Sequence record: OR844650.1
Strand: one strand, 5' to 3'
Length of the DNA stretch: 64,000 nt
Below are positions 9,540-18,408 of this stretch, in pieces. The notes under the pieces were generated by a model that was not told the origin of the DNA, did not search any database, and saw only the letters and a list, made by a program, of their open reading frames with translations. Every line of letters begins with the position of its first letter. Within the stretch, counting starts at the first letter, position 1. The position numbers and the translations under genes are program-made.

Positions 9540-9799
9540 TTCTTAGTACACCTCAGTGGTTGGGTCATTTGATGAAAGTACAGCTTACCTCTGATTTCCA
9601 GTAGCAACTCCGCGATTAAGCGATTTACTTCTGTATCTTGATAGTTTGTTCCTAAGAATACACCCATCTTTAACTCACGCATCATAATCATTTTCTTACT
9701 GTGTTGAATTTCTGGGTTGTGATAGATTGTATTACGTTTGTGCGTAATTTTTGTCATACGCTCGGTATATTCATCTTTACTTAAATTGATCATTTGCAT
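9536..9799 (-). CDS. LGTNYQ-family protein
   Basis: FLGTNYQDTE; start re-assigned to MQMINLS. Confidence 0.8.
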   Translation of the reverse strand: MQMINLSKDEYTERMTKITHKRNTIYHNPEIQHSKKMIMMRELKMGVFLGTNYQDTEVNRLIAELLLEIRGKLYFHQMTQPLRCTKK

Positions 9800-9828
9800 G
9801 TTAATTACCCTTACATTTATTTTCAATA

Positions 9829-10068
9829 CTATTCTTTAGTTTGTAGATATAGTTTTCTTCCAATGTATCTCTTAAGTGCGATTATGTATTCATCTACATA
9901 ATACTCCTGATAGTTTGTTCCTATGAATGCACCCACCTTTAACTCAAGTTTCATAATCATCTTATTTCCGTGTTTAATGACTTCTCCGTGATGGATTTCA
10001 TTAAGTCCAGGTGCAATTTTTACCAGGCGTTCTTTATATTTTGCTTGAGATAATTTAATCATTTTCAT
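9829..10068 (-). CDS. LGTNYQ-family protein
   Basis: FIGTNYQEYY; start re-assigned to MKMIKLS. Confidence 0.8.
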   Translation of the reverse strand: MKMIKLSQAKYKERLVKIAPGLNEIHHGEVIKHGNKMIMKLELKVGAFIGTNYQEYYVDEYIIALKRYIGRKLYLQTKE

Positions 10069-10069
10069 G

Positions 10070-10300
10070 TTAATTACCCTTACATTTATTTTCAATACTA
10101 TTCATGAGTTCTATAAGATAGTTTTCTACCTTACCTTCCTGATAGTTAGTCCCTAGGAAGTTGCACAACACGGCTTCTATGATTTTGATTTTCCTGATAT
10201 CAGGCTTCAATCTTTTGTTATTGAATATTTGAATCCTTATATCTCTGGATGCATTTAAACGTTTTTGATATTCATGGTAAGTTAAATTAATCATTTTCAT
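10070..10300 (-). CDS. LGTNYQ-family protein
   Basis: FLGTNYQEG. Confidence 0.8.
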   Translation of the reverse strand: MKMINLTYHEYQKRLNASRDIRIQIFNNKRLKPDIRKIKIIEAVLCNFLGTNYQEGKVENYLIELMNSIENKCKGN

Positions 10301-10515
10301 TTACGTTTAACCTCTCGCTGGAGGGCATCAATTAACATCAGTACAGCATTCTCTTGATAGTTTGTTCCTAAGACTGAAAGCATCTTTATCTCATTTACTA
10401 AAATCAACTTCTTTGAGGGTTCAATAATGTGACTATCATAAACGGCCTTACGTGCTGGATAAGTTTTCGCCAGTATAACATAAAATTCGTCTTTACTTAA
10501 ATTAATCATTTGCAT
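10297..10515 (-). CDS. LGTNYQ-family protein
   Basis: VLGTNYQEN. Confidence 0.8.
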   Translation of the reverse strand: MQMINLSKDEFYVILAKTYPARKAVYDSHIIEPSKKLILVNEIKMLSVLGTNYQENAVLMLIDALQREVKRK

Positions 10516-10763
10516 TTACTTTTAACCTCTTTCTGTAGAGCGTCAATCCATAGATCCACATACATTTGTTGATAGTTTGTGCCTAAGAGTGTTAAGACAT
10601 AAAGTTCAGTTATCATTATATACTTTCGTTCTTCGGCAATTCTTTTATCCTTTTGAATCATTCTCCTTCTGATTCCACAGGTTTGTAGAAGCTTAACATA
10701 TTCGAAACCTATTAATTTTCTCATTTTAAACTCACCGACTTCAGACGTAAGCTGCTTAACCAT
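10506..10763 (-). CDS. LGTNYQ-family protein (start uncertain)
   Basis: LLGTNYQQMY. Confidence 0.75.
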   Translation of the reverse strand: MVKQLTSEVGEFKMRKLIGFEYVKLLQTCGIRRRMIQKDKRIAEERKYIMITELYVLTLLGTNYQQMYVDLWIDALQKEVKSKCK

Positions 10764-10936
10764 GCGTCTATGTAGATACTTTGATAGTTTGTCCCAATGA
10801 AGAGTAATAGCTTCATTTCAGCTATTATAACACATCGGTCCGCTTCTGCAATAGAATTATCTAAAAAAGTCCACGAGACTTTTCCTTGTATAGTTCTTAA
10901 CCTATTGTAATACTCATGCTCAGTCAGGATTTTCAT
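10721..10936 (-). CDS. LGTNYQ-family protein
   Basis: FIGTNYQSIY; start re-assigned to MKILT. Confidence 0.8.
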   Translation of the reverse strand: MKILTEHEYYNRLRTIQGKVSWTFLDNSIAEADRCVIIAEMKLLLFIGTNYQSIYIDAWLSSLRLKSVSLK

Positions 10937-11171
10937 TCTCACGTCTCCATATCTCGGTTCTAATGTGTTGGCAGTGTGCATCGATGAACATATCTATAGA
11001 TTTGGTAATTGCTGTTTTATCAGTGCCTGTCATCAGTACAAGCATCTCTGCCTCACTATGAATTAAACGCATGATATCATAGGGTAATATTTCAGATACA
11101 GTGTCATAGTGTTTCTGTGCCAGTGTCTGTAATAGTTTACAATACATTTTGTGATTTAGTCTGTGTCGCAT
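10920..11171 (-). CDS. LGTNYQ-family protein (divergent)
   Basis: LMTGTDKT variant. Confidence 0.7.
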   Translation of the reverse strand: MRHRLNHKMYCKLLQTLAQKHYDTVSEILPYDIMRLIHSEAEMLVLMTGTDKTAITKSIDMFIDAHCQHIRTEIWRRENENPD

Positions 11172-11407
11172 TGTTTATTCCATTCTCTTCTGGCTTGACG
11201 GGTTTTATCTGATATTTCGTTTCTCAATGCAGCGATATATCGTAGAGTGAACAGTTCTTGATAGTTAGTCCCTATGAATTTATTAAGATATACATCAGCG
11301 TTGACGATATCAGCTTCACGGGAATTATAAAGTTTATTGTTCGTGCGGAGGGTGTTTAGAAGAGAGAAGAGGGCAGTCTGATACTCCACTCCTGATAAAA
11401 TCTTCAT
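11156..11407 (-). CDS. LGTNYQ-family protein
   Basis: FIGTNYQELF; start re-assigned to MKILS. Confidence 0.8.
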   Translation of the reverse strand: MKILSGVEYQTALFSLLNTLRTNNKLYNSREADIVNADVYLNKFIGTNYQELFTLRYIAALRNEISDKTRQARREWNKQCDTD

Positions 11408-11648
11408 GTTTTGTGAGCAAATAATCATCTAGTTTATCCTGTATAACATTCGTTAATTGTTCGATATATTCTGTGCAAAACTTATCTTGATATTGAGTCC
11501 CCATAAAGTACAGCAACCATAGCTCATTAACTTTAGCTCGCATTTGGTTCCATGTAAGGCTGGGGTCACCGTAGACTATCCTTGTGATGGGGGTTAGTTT
11601 ACGAATTATAGTTTCAAATTCATCATCAGTTAAGTGTTTCATTTGCAT
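11334..11648 (-). CDS. LGTNYQ-family protein with C-terminal extension
   Basis: FMGTQYQDKF. Confidence 0.75.
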   Translation of the reverse strand: MQMKHLTDDEFETIIRKLTPITRIVYGDPSLTWNQMRAKVNELWLLYFMGTQYQDKFCTEYIEQLTNVIQDKLDDYLLTKHEDFIRSGVSDCPLLSSKHPPHEQ

Positions 11649-11857
11649 TTGTCCCTTATTAAATCAGTGAGGGCAACTATGTGTGCAATAACATACTCTT
11701 CCTGGAAGTTCGTCCCCAGTACAGCCATCATGCGTTTATCGGTGGTGTTTATCCTGTGTTCCCTTACACATAAACCTTCTTTGTGAGGAAGTGTAAAATA
11801 TTTGTTTATTGCAGCTATGATAATTTTATTCTTCTCTATATTACTTAAATGTTTCAT
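11639..11857 (-). CDS. LGTNYQ-family protein
   Basis: VLGTNFQEEY. Confidence 0.8.
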   Translation of the reverse strand: MKHLSNIEKNKIIIAAINKYFTLPHKEGLCVREHRINTTDKRMMAVLGTNFQEEYVIAHIVALTDLIRDKCK

Positions 11858-12066
11858 AGTTTACTCTTAATGTAGTTCTGAAGTTCAATTAAGTATTTCC
11901 CTACATAATACTCCTGAAAGTCTGTATCCAAAAATGCACCCATAAGTAAATCCTTCTCCATTGCCCTTGATAAGTTAAGGTCTGCATTTGAAAGGTATAT
12001 AAGTAATATTTCAGTCTGGACAGAATTAAAACGTTTCTTATATTCTTCAGGTGTTAATATAATCAT
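11854..12066 (-). CDS. LGTNYQ-family protein
   Basis: FLDTDFQEYY. Confidence 0.8.
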   Translation of the reverse strand: MIILTPEEYKKRFNSVQTEILLIYLSNADLNLSRAMEKDLLMGAFLDTDFQEYYVGKYLIELQNYIKSKL

Positions 12067-12278
12067 AATTTGCTCCTGATGTATTTCTCAAGAGATGACA
12101 AATACTTTTCCTCATAATACTCCTGATAGTCTGTTCCCAAGAATGCACCCAAAAGTATTTCATTTTCCAATACCTCGGCTAAGTTTAAATCAGACGTCTC
12201 TTCGTATATTATGAGGATTTCAAGTTGTCTGGCAGCGATGCGTTCAGTATATTGATATGAGTTTTCTATAATAATCAT
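12063..12278 (-). CDS. LGTNYQ-family protein
   Basis: FLGTDYQEYY. Confidence 0.8.
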   Translation of the reverse strand: MIIIENSYQYTERIAARQLEILIIYEETSDLNLAEVLENEILLGAFLGTDYQEYYEEKYLSSLEKYIRSKL

Positions 12279-12484
12279 ATTTTACTCTTAATATCTTCTA
12301 TTAAAAATCGAATCCATTCTTCAACATAATCTTCCTGATGGTTTGTGTTCAGTACAGCCAACATGCGGATCTCTGCTCTTGCAACTTCAATTTCAGTTTT
12401 AGGCAGGTCTTTGCTGATATCCACCATTAAGTCCATGTATTTCAAGATAAGACCGTATGATTGGGTTCGTGTTATAGTTTTCAT
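12275..12484 (-). CDS. LGTNYQ-family protein
   Basis: VLNTNHQEDY. Confidence 0.8.
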   Translation of the reverse strand: MKTITRTQSYGLILKYMDLMVDISKDLPKTEIEVARAEIRMLAVLNTNHQEDYVEEWIRFLIEDIKSKI

Positions 12485-12681
12485 TGTTTCCTCGTGGACA
12501 ATATTTTATTTTTCAATGTATCCATATATTGCCACACCCATCTACCCTGATAGTTTGTTCCCAATGTAATCAAAAGGTATAACTCCATTCGTTCTACGTG
12601 TGTGTCTGTGTTGTAAATCTTTACGTAGTTTTTACGTAACAGTGATTGATATTCTTCTTTATTTAAAATACGCATTTTCAT
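12481..12681 (-). CDS. LGTNYQ-family protein
   Basis: TLGTNYQGRW. Confidence 0.8.
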   Translation of the reverse strand: MKMRILNKEEYQSLLRKNYVKIYNTDTHVERMELYLLITLGTNYQGRWVWQYMDTLKNKILSTRKQ

Positions 12682-12875
12682 AGTTTACTCGTTATATCTT
12701 CAATTAAATACCAAATCCAATCGTTGACATACCTTTCCTGAAAGTTAGTTCCAATGAATAGTGCCATAATTAATTCACGCTTATAGGCAATACCACGGTC
12801 ATGGGACTTATACATTATCATAGCCATGTTATTGATAAGTCTTTCGTGGTGCTGTTCTTTAGTTAAAATACGCAT
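12678..12875 (-). CDS. LGTNYQ-family protein, first gene of array
   Basis: FIGTNFQERY; start MRILTK after AAGGGAG RBS. Confidence 0.8.
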   Translation of the reverse strand: MRILTKEQHHERLINNMAMIMYKSHDRGIAYKRELIMALFIGTNFQERYVNDWIWYLIEDITSKL

Positions 12876-12905
12876 AGGGACTCCCTTAAAATTAATATCA
12901 ATCAT

Positions 12906-12933
12906 ATTTTATACGATTCATATAAAAAGTCAA
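12906..12933 (-). promoter_or_regulatory. sigma70-type promoter driving the LGTNYQ array
   Basis: TTGACT-16 bp-TAAAAT on minus strand. Confidence 0.6.
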
Positions 12934-13124
12934 TAACATTTTATTCGTAATACCCCTTTATCGAAGTCGCTAAGGTTACCCGCCCTTTAGCCCCCTACGC
13001 ATTTTGCCATAGTCCAATCCCTTTTATTTCAAAAAAGTCAAGGGATTACCTATGCATTTTTTTAACGCATAATTTTAAAAACGCCTTGACTTTTTTCTGA
13101 ATCAGTACTAGATCCCTTTACGCA

Positions 13125-13334
13125 TTAATCCTTCGTTACGCTAACGATTATCTGTGTATCCCCGTAGTCCTGCCATACTTCCACGCCATCGGTCGCCCTG
13201 GTTAGTCGTGCTGTCATCTGCTTAATGGTCTTAGGCTTTAGTGGAACCTGTTGCAGTACTGTACGCATAGCATCATTGACGTTATCATGTACGCCTGCAA
13301 TAGTACCTAGAACGCTGTATACTGTATAGAACAT
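13125..13334 (-). CDS. Early hypothetical protein
   Basis: 69 aa, AGGAGG RBS. Confidence 0.75.
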   Translation of the reverse strand: MFYTVYSVLGTIAGVHDNVNDAMRTVLQQVPLKPKTIKQMTARLTRATDGVEVWQDYGDTQIIVSVTKD

Positions 13335-13402
13335 ATGTATGCCCTCCTGATATAGTTAAGGCCGCTACAAGGCGGCCTATGATGTTTGGTGATGTGTAAC
13401 GC

Positions 13403-13804
13403 TTACAGTCCTAAGATAGTGCGTGCTTCGTTACGTTCCGTACACAGCTGCATGATGTGAGCAAGTAAGTCCTTGCTAATGTATCCGGTGTTCATAGCTT
13501 CACGAATAGATACATCATAAGCACCGAACCCCGTGCGAACGATACGCACATCATTCAGGTTAGTATTATAGATACCGCCGAGATCAACGGCTTCGAATAC
13601 TACATCAACAGAATATTCATTGTTGCCATCGTGGAAGTTTTCCAGTGCAATAGTATTGGATACCGCCCAACGTTTGCAGTTTCCAATGATGCGGCACTGT
13701 TCCGGTTGGATAGTACCATTACTTACAGCGTACTCCAGTGCATCTTTACCGAAAGTCCGAGCCAGTACTAAAACGTCAGCGAAGGAATTGATTGAGAAGG
13801 TCAT
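13403..13804 (-). CDS. Early hypothetical protein
   Basis: Start MTFSINS after AAGGAG, downstream of promoter/stem-loop cassette. Confidence 0.8.
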   Translation of the reverse strand: MTFSINSFADVLVLARTFGKDALEYAVSNGTIQPEQCRIIGNCKRWAVSNTIALENFHDGNNEYSVDVVFEAVDLGGIYNTNLNDVRIVRTGFGAYDVSIREAMNTGYISKDLLAHIMQLCTERNEARTILGL

Positions 13805-13893
13805 GATAAAACTCCTTAATTTAGGAGGGAGAACCATTTCCCCCTCTCTATGTAAAACATTATACTTGATTCTAAGTACTATGCAAGTACTTT

Positions 13894-14226
13894 TTACATT
13901 TTAATACCTGGATTCAGATAGCGGTGAGAACCATATTCTGGATCGGTTTCGGTCCAGTACTGTAAATCGATAGTACCTTTCGCGTTAATCTTGTCTACCA
14001 GCTTATTCATCTTAGCGTATACTACGTCAGCATCGATGCGTTTAAAGCCAGTAGCTTTAGTGAAGTAGTAGTGATTTGCTTCACTATCATTAAGGATATA
14101 CCGAGCACCGTTTGCAGTCTGTGCGATAATGATTGAGTATTCTACTTCCCGATCCAGACCGTCGATGAATACAGATGAAACATTGGTACGGATGAAAGCT
14201 TTAACGATAGCGATTGAAGTACTCAT
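13894..14226 (-). CDS. Early hypothetical protein
   Basis: 110 aa, AGGAG RBS, own promoter. Confidence 0.8.
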   Translation of the reverse strand: MSTSIAIVKAFIRTNVSSVFIDGLDREVEYSIIIAQTANGARYILNDSEANHYYFTKATGFKRIDADVVYAKMNKLVDKINAKGTIDLQYWTETDPEYGSHRYLNPGIKM

Positions 14227-14329
14227 TTTGAATCTCCTAACTTTGTGGGCCGTCGCACCATTGCCGCCCTACGAGATACATTATTGCAGTACTGATATAC
14301 TTTGTCAATACTTTTTTTATTAATAGTTT

Positions 14330-14415
14330 TCACCCCACCAGCAGATAGTTACTCACCGTTATTAACTATATATTTTAGATACACTCCTGCACCCAGTGGG
14401 CTAGTTTTTGTCTAT
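14330..14415 (-). ncRNA. Putative small RNA or leader, CCCANNGGGTGC family copy A
   Basis: TTGACT-17-TATTAT promoter at 14422-14450, no ORF downstream, GCCCACTGGGTGC at 14389-14401. Confidence 0.4.
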
Positions 14416-14472
14416 GCGTATATAATAGCAAAGGGACTGACCGGAGTCAATCCCTTTTTTTATTCTTTTTTG

Positions 14473-14673
14473 TTAGATGATTCTCCAATCTTCTACGATC
14501 ATGGTAAGATAACGGACCATCGATTCAAGTGATTCGAATTCCCGATAGTCTGCCGCTCCACCAGCGGTACAAGTACAGCCGATTAAACCATTTTGTAATT
14601 CCTTAATCTGTACATCGATAAGGTTGGCTTTAGCTTCTTTCAGTACTTCAACCAGGGCGATAGCGATAGACAT
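14473..14673 (-). CDS. Early hypothetical protein
   Basis: 66 aa behind cassette. Confidence 0.75.
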   Translation of the reverse strand: MSIAIALVEVLKEAKANLIDVQIKELQNGLIGCTCTAGGAADYREFESLESMVRYLTMIVEDWRII

Positions 14674-14762
14674 AATGTTTTACTCCAAACTATTGACGGG
14701 AGAACTATTCCCCCGCTCTATGTAAAACATTATACATTACTTGTTAGTACTGTCAAATAGTT

Positions 14763-15020
14763 TTATGAAATATCTTCGATGTAGTCGGCCCATTTCATTT
14801 TTTCAGTACTGTCAATGGCTACCGGATTATTTGGATCAAACCATTCACCATTACCGCAGTACATACCAACGGCTACGGTTTTATAGCCATCCTGGGCCGT
14901 ACTCCACGACATTGCACGATAGATATGGCCTTTAACTGGTTGCAGTACTGGTAACGTTTTATGGTCTTCTACGTAGGCCATAGCTTGAGGATTTACCCGA
15001 TATTGTGTGAATTGTTCCAT
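14763..15020 (-). CDS. Early hypothetical protein
   Basis: 85 aa, own promoter. Confidence 0.75.
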   Translation of the reverse strand: MEQFTQYRVNPQAMAYVEDHKTLPVLQPVKGHIYRAMSWSTAQDGYKTVAVGMYCGNGEWFDPNNPVAIDSTEKMKWADYIEDIS

Positions 15021-15096
15021 GATGTTTCCCCTTGTAGTTAGTAAAGTTATTACATCAGTACTATCAAGCTATGTCAATAGTACTGAAATAAAACTT

Positions 15097-15321
15097 TTAG
15101 ATTAGATTATTGATGCCGTTGATGGTAGACTCGCTTTCTTCTTTCTCCCATTGGCGGTAGTACTTCCATGCTTCATGATATGTGGCGATTAGTTCATCTT
15201 TTTGATCCTGAGTACATGCCAGTACTGAATCACGGTGAGCGGTGTTATAGATAGAATCGAATGATTTCTTCTCTTCTGCCAGGTTAGCTACTTCCCGCAT
15301 CAGTTCATCAAAGTTAGCCAT
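15097..15321 (-). CDS. Early hypothetical protein (acidic, helical)
   Basis: 74 aa behind cassette. Confidence 0.75.
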   Translation of the reverse strand: MANFDELMREVANLAEEKKSFDSIYNTAHRDSVLACTQDQKDELIATYHEAWKYYRQWEKEESESTINGINNLI

Positions 15322-15388
15322 TTTATTACTCCTTTTAGTGGGGGAGGATATCTCCCCCTATGCAAAACATTATACTTTGTTTTAGTTA

Positions 15389-15652
15389 TTATGCAAGTAC
15401 TTTTTTCATATAAAGATTATATTCTACACCGCCGTAACCTTCTACGATGATATGTTTTGCGTTATCACGTTTGCACATAGTGAAACCGTTGTTGATGTGT
15501 TCTGCATTTTCCAGGGCGACATCACCGATAGCGGCACATACGGCACTAATAACAGTATTCCGCAAAGTACTGGTATCATTAGCGGTCATAGTAGTTTGCA
15601 GTACTACGTTGTCGTATACGTGTGCATTGATAGTGATTTCGATAGTGTTCAT
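15389..15652 (-). CDS. Early hypothetical protein
   Basis: 87 aa, CAGGAG RBS behind cassette. Confidence 0.75.
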   Translation of the reverse strand: MNTIEITINAHVYDNVVLQTTMTANDTSTLRNTVISAVCAAIGDVALENAEHINNGFTMCKRDNAKHIIVEGYGGVEYNLYMKKVLA

Positions 15653-15738
15653 GGTGTATCTCCTGGACTGGCGGGAGAACTATTCCCCCGCTCTATGTAA
15701 AACATTATACGTTAATCTAACTACAATGCAAGTACTTT

Positions 15739-15930
15739 TTAAATTTTATTTCCGATATAGTCCGGTCTATTCTTTTCGGTCATACGCTTTGCTAATGTTT
15801 GCATATGGCTTATTGCGTTTAATGTGTCTTCCTCCAGGGATGAATCAACATAATCAGGATCATTCTTCACCTTGCAATGATTATGATAGCGTAGTACTGC
15901 CAGTACTTTTTTAACTTCTTCTACTGTCAT
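15739..15930 (-). CDS. Early hypothetical protein
   Basis: 63 aa, coupled to upstream gene. Confidence 0.7.
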   Translation of the reverse strand: MTVEEVKKVLAVLRYHNHCKVKNDPDYVDSSLEEDTLNAISHMQTLAKRMTEKNRPDYIGNKI

Positions 15931-16199
15931 AATAAGTACCCCACTTCGTTAGCTTTCAGGTTAGTATCAATCATCAGTGGATTTTTGTAGTTCACAAAAC
16001 GATTAGTTTTCTCGATAGCGAATCCCATATAATCCAGCTTACTAACAGTACATTCATTCTTAAAAACTTCTTTCGCTGCATCGATGGCTGATTGCATGGA
16101 TAACCGACCATCTAAATTAATGTTTCCAAATGATCCACCAGCAGAAGTAGGATTACCGTTCATATCTTTAATGATCATAGTAGCGGAGTAGCTGGACAT
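15927..16199 (-). CDS. Early hypothetical protein
   Basis: 90 aa behind cassette. Confidence 0.75.
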   Translation of the reverse strand: MSSYSATMIIKDMNGNPTSAGGSFGNINLDGRLSMQSAIDAAKEVFKNECTVSKLDYMGFAIEKTNRFVNYKNPLMIDTNLKANEVGYLL

Positions 16200-16286
16200 A
16201 ATTTTGTTTCCTTTTAGTATCGGGGAGAACTATTCTCCCCTTGATGTAAACTATTATACAGTACTGATATACTTTGTCAAATACTT

Positions 16287-16694
16287 TTATTCGCCCATAT
16301 AGATTAGATTATCATCGCCTACATAGGGATCGCAAACGTTGATTTCTTCGCAGTACTTAGTGAATACATCGCCATAGTGACCTAAACCACGATCCCAAAA
16401 ACCAGTTCCGTGACCTTCGCGGGTAAGGAACAGATCATGACCAGCTTGCTCATAACCGTAATCAATAAACATACCGCGAACTACTTCCAGATCATTACCG
16501 TGTTTCTCAATGAAGCGAGAACATGCAATCACCGCCGCTTGACGTGCTTCATCAGATAACTCATAATCTTCCAGGTAATCGCCGTTATCATTATGTACAG
16601 TACTGAATTGCATAGCTTCAATGTAAGCTACAACCATTGCAGCATGATTTTTATCGTTAGTGATGTTCCGAGCGAGATTAGTAGTAGTAGACAT
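16287..16694 (-). CDS. Conserved phage early protein with GHDLFLTREGHGTGFWDR motif
   Basis: Motif recalled from a widespread uncharacterised phage family; behind cassette. Confidence 0.8.
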   Translation of the reverse strand: MSTTTNLARNITNDKNHAAMVVAYIEAMQFSTVHNDNGDYLEDYELSDEARQAAVIACSRFIEKHGNDLEVVRGMFIDYGYEQAGHDLFLTREGHGTGFWDRGLGHYGDVFTKYCEEINVCDPYVGDDNLIYMGE

Positions 16695-16777
16695 GATTTT
16701 ATTCCTTATTGTATTGGGGAGAACTATTCTCCCCTTGATGTAAACTATTATACAGTACTGATATACTTTGTCAATAC

Positions 16778-16999
16778 TTAATTACGTTTAAAATGATATG
16801 TGCCTTTATCATCCTGTACGCCCCACACTGATTTACCATCAACACCAGTGAAACCGGATTGTAATTCAATATGGAAACCATTATTATCAACTACAAAAAC
16901 TTTTTTATTTTCATCCCGATAACATTGATATTCTGAATCAACATTAAAGGCCGCATCATTCAGAAGATTGGAAGCGTAAATGCAAGTCATTGTAGTCAT
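16778..16999 (-). CDS. Early hypothetical protein
   Basis: Start MTTMTC after AAGGAA RBS. Confidence 0.75.
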   Translation of the reverse strand: MTTMTCIYASNLLNDAAFNVDSEYQCYRDENKKVFVVDNNGFHIELQSGFTGVDGKSVWGVQDDKGTYHFKRN

Positions 17000-17094
17000 G
17001 ATTTTATTCCTTATTACCAGGGAGAACCATTTCCCCCTCTCTATGTAAAACATTATACTTGATTCTAAGTACAATGCAAGTACTTTTTATCAAA

Positions 17095-17167
17095 TAGTTT
17101 TCAGTACTGAATACTTATATAATAGATACACTTCCGCACCCTATGGGTCAGTGAGTTATCTCTCAAT
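17095..17167 (-). ncRNA. Putative small RNA or leader, CCCANNGGGTGC family copy B
   Basis: Promoter 17174-17202; ACCCATAGGGTGC at 17136-17148; TGAG-AGATAA-CTCA hairpin. Confidence 0.4.
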
Positions 17168-17220
17168 GAATATATAATAGCAAAGGGACTGACCGGAGTC
17201 AATCCCTTTTTTAATCTTTT

Positions 17221-17805
17221 TTATCGTGTTACCTTACTTGCTTCTACATCACGCTTTTTATAGTACTGATTCCAGATATTGCGGGTTAAACCGTAATCAA
17301 GTACTTTAATAAGGCCGTTGCGATCCTGGCCGATATTCTGTTTTCTGATATCTCTTATCGTTAGTGTTGACAGTGTATCATCAACGTGTTGTAGTGCATC
17401 AGCAAAGCGGTGCTGGCGTTCAATTGCATTACGTTTAATATTGTACTTTAATTCGTTGCACGCGTTAACGTGCTTTACACTGCCTTTACTTGCAGTACTC
17501 AACCGATCCATAACGATAAACATATTATCAGGATCGCATAAATGCATATGCACCTTTGCAAAGTACTGTTTCAATTGAGGGCGGTCATAGTCTAAAAAAT
17601 TCCATACCTTACATTCAGTTTCATTTTGTTCTACACCCGCATCACAATTGGCGACCTTAATCACTAACCGATCATTTAAAGCGAATACAATACGGGAAGA
17701 ACCCGCACCGATGATCTCCAGACCAGCTAACCGACAAGCTGAAAGGATCTCTTTGTTGGTTTCCATTTCTGACAGGGTACGGATGAATTTAGTATAATTA
17801 CGCAT
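17221..17805 (-). CDS. Protein kinase-like (Ser/Thr kinase fold)
   Basis: Gly loop IGAGSSRIV, VIKVA, helix-C Glu, catalytic DIRKQN, DYG; start MRNYTK. Confidence 0.8.
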   Translation of the reverse strand: MRNYTKFIRTLSEMETNKEILSACRLAGLEIIGAGSSRIVFALNDRLVIKVANCDAGVEQNETECKVWNFLDYDRPQLKQYFAKVHMHLCDPDNMFIVMDRLSTASKGSVKHVNACNELKYNIKRNAIERQHRFADALQHVDDTLSTLTIRDIRKQNIGQDRNGLIKVLDYGLTRNIWNQYYKKRDVEASKVTR

Positions 17806-17836
17806 TGCATGTTCTCCTTGAGTTAATGAAACTATC

Positions 17837-18079
17837 TTACAGTACTTTACTATCAATGGCAACCACTTTTTTCACACTAACCGCGTGAATCACTTCCTTA
17901 GTGTTTTTAGTACTGAATACTTTCGCTGTTCCTTGTTCTACTGCAATGCGATAACGACCGTTAACATCAACCATATTAATAAAGTCCGGTGTACTAAACC
18001 GAGTAGTACGGCATTTCAGTACTGTTAACAGTTCCACCAGCGATGTAGTTTCTTTGATACGTTTTTCTAAAGTAATCAT
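17837..18079 (-). CDS. Early hypothetical protein
   Basis: Start MITLEK; upstream region duplicated at 18360-18411. Confidence 0.7.
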   Translation of the reverse strand: MITLEKRIKETTSLVELLTVLKCRTTRFSTPDFINMVDVNGRYRIAVEQGTAKVFSTKNTKEVIHAVSVKKVVAIDSKVL

Positions 18080-18136
18080 TTTGTTTTCCCCGTGTTGGTA
18101 TGTACATATAGTACTAAAACATTTGAGTACTGTCAA

Positions 18137-18355
18137 TTAGATAATTGCATATTTCTTTAAAGATAATGCGTCTTGGGTTGGCTGATACTCAATGCCGTTA
18201 CCGTTATCTACTTTAACTAATAAACCTTTGTCAATTAGTTTTTTAATAGTCCTTTGGCCTTGTTGAAAATTGGTAAAATGTGAATCATTACGAAAGGTAT
18301 AACCGTGCTTAACTGCTTCATCAATAGTTTTCTTTTCGATTTTAGATAATTTCAT
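18137..18355 (-). CDS. Small basic protein, possible winged-helix
   Basis: Start MKLSK; TIKKLIDKGLLVK pattern. Confidence 0.65.
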   Translation of the reverse strand: MKLSKIEKKTIDEAVKHGYTFRNDSHFTNFQQGQRTIKKLIDKGLLVKVDNGNGIEYQPTQDALSLKKYAII

Positions 18356-18408
18356 TTTGTTTCTCCCGTGTTGGTATGTGTACATAATACTAAAACAATT
18401 GAGTACTG

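Larger units (their letters stand above)
6904..12905 (-). repeat. Tandem array of 27 paralogous 65-105 aa genes with LGT(N/D)xQ motif
   Basis: Each consecutive ORF carries LGTNYQE or a variant; overlapping start/stop codons. Confidence 0.9.
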
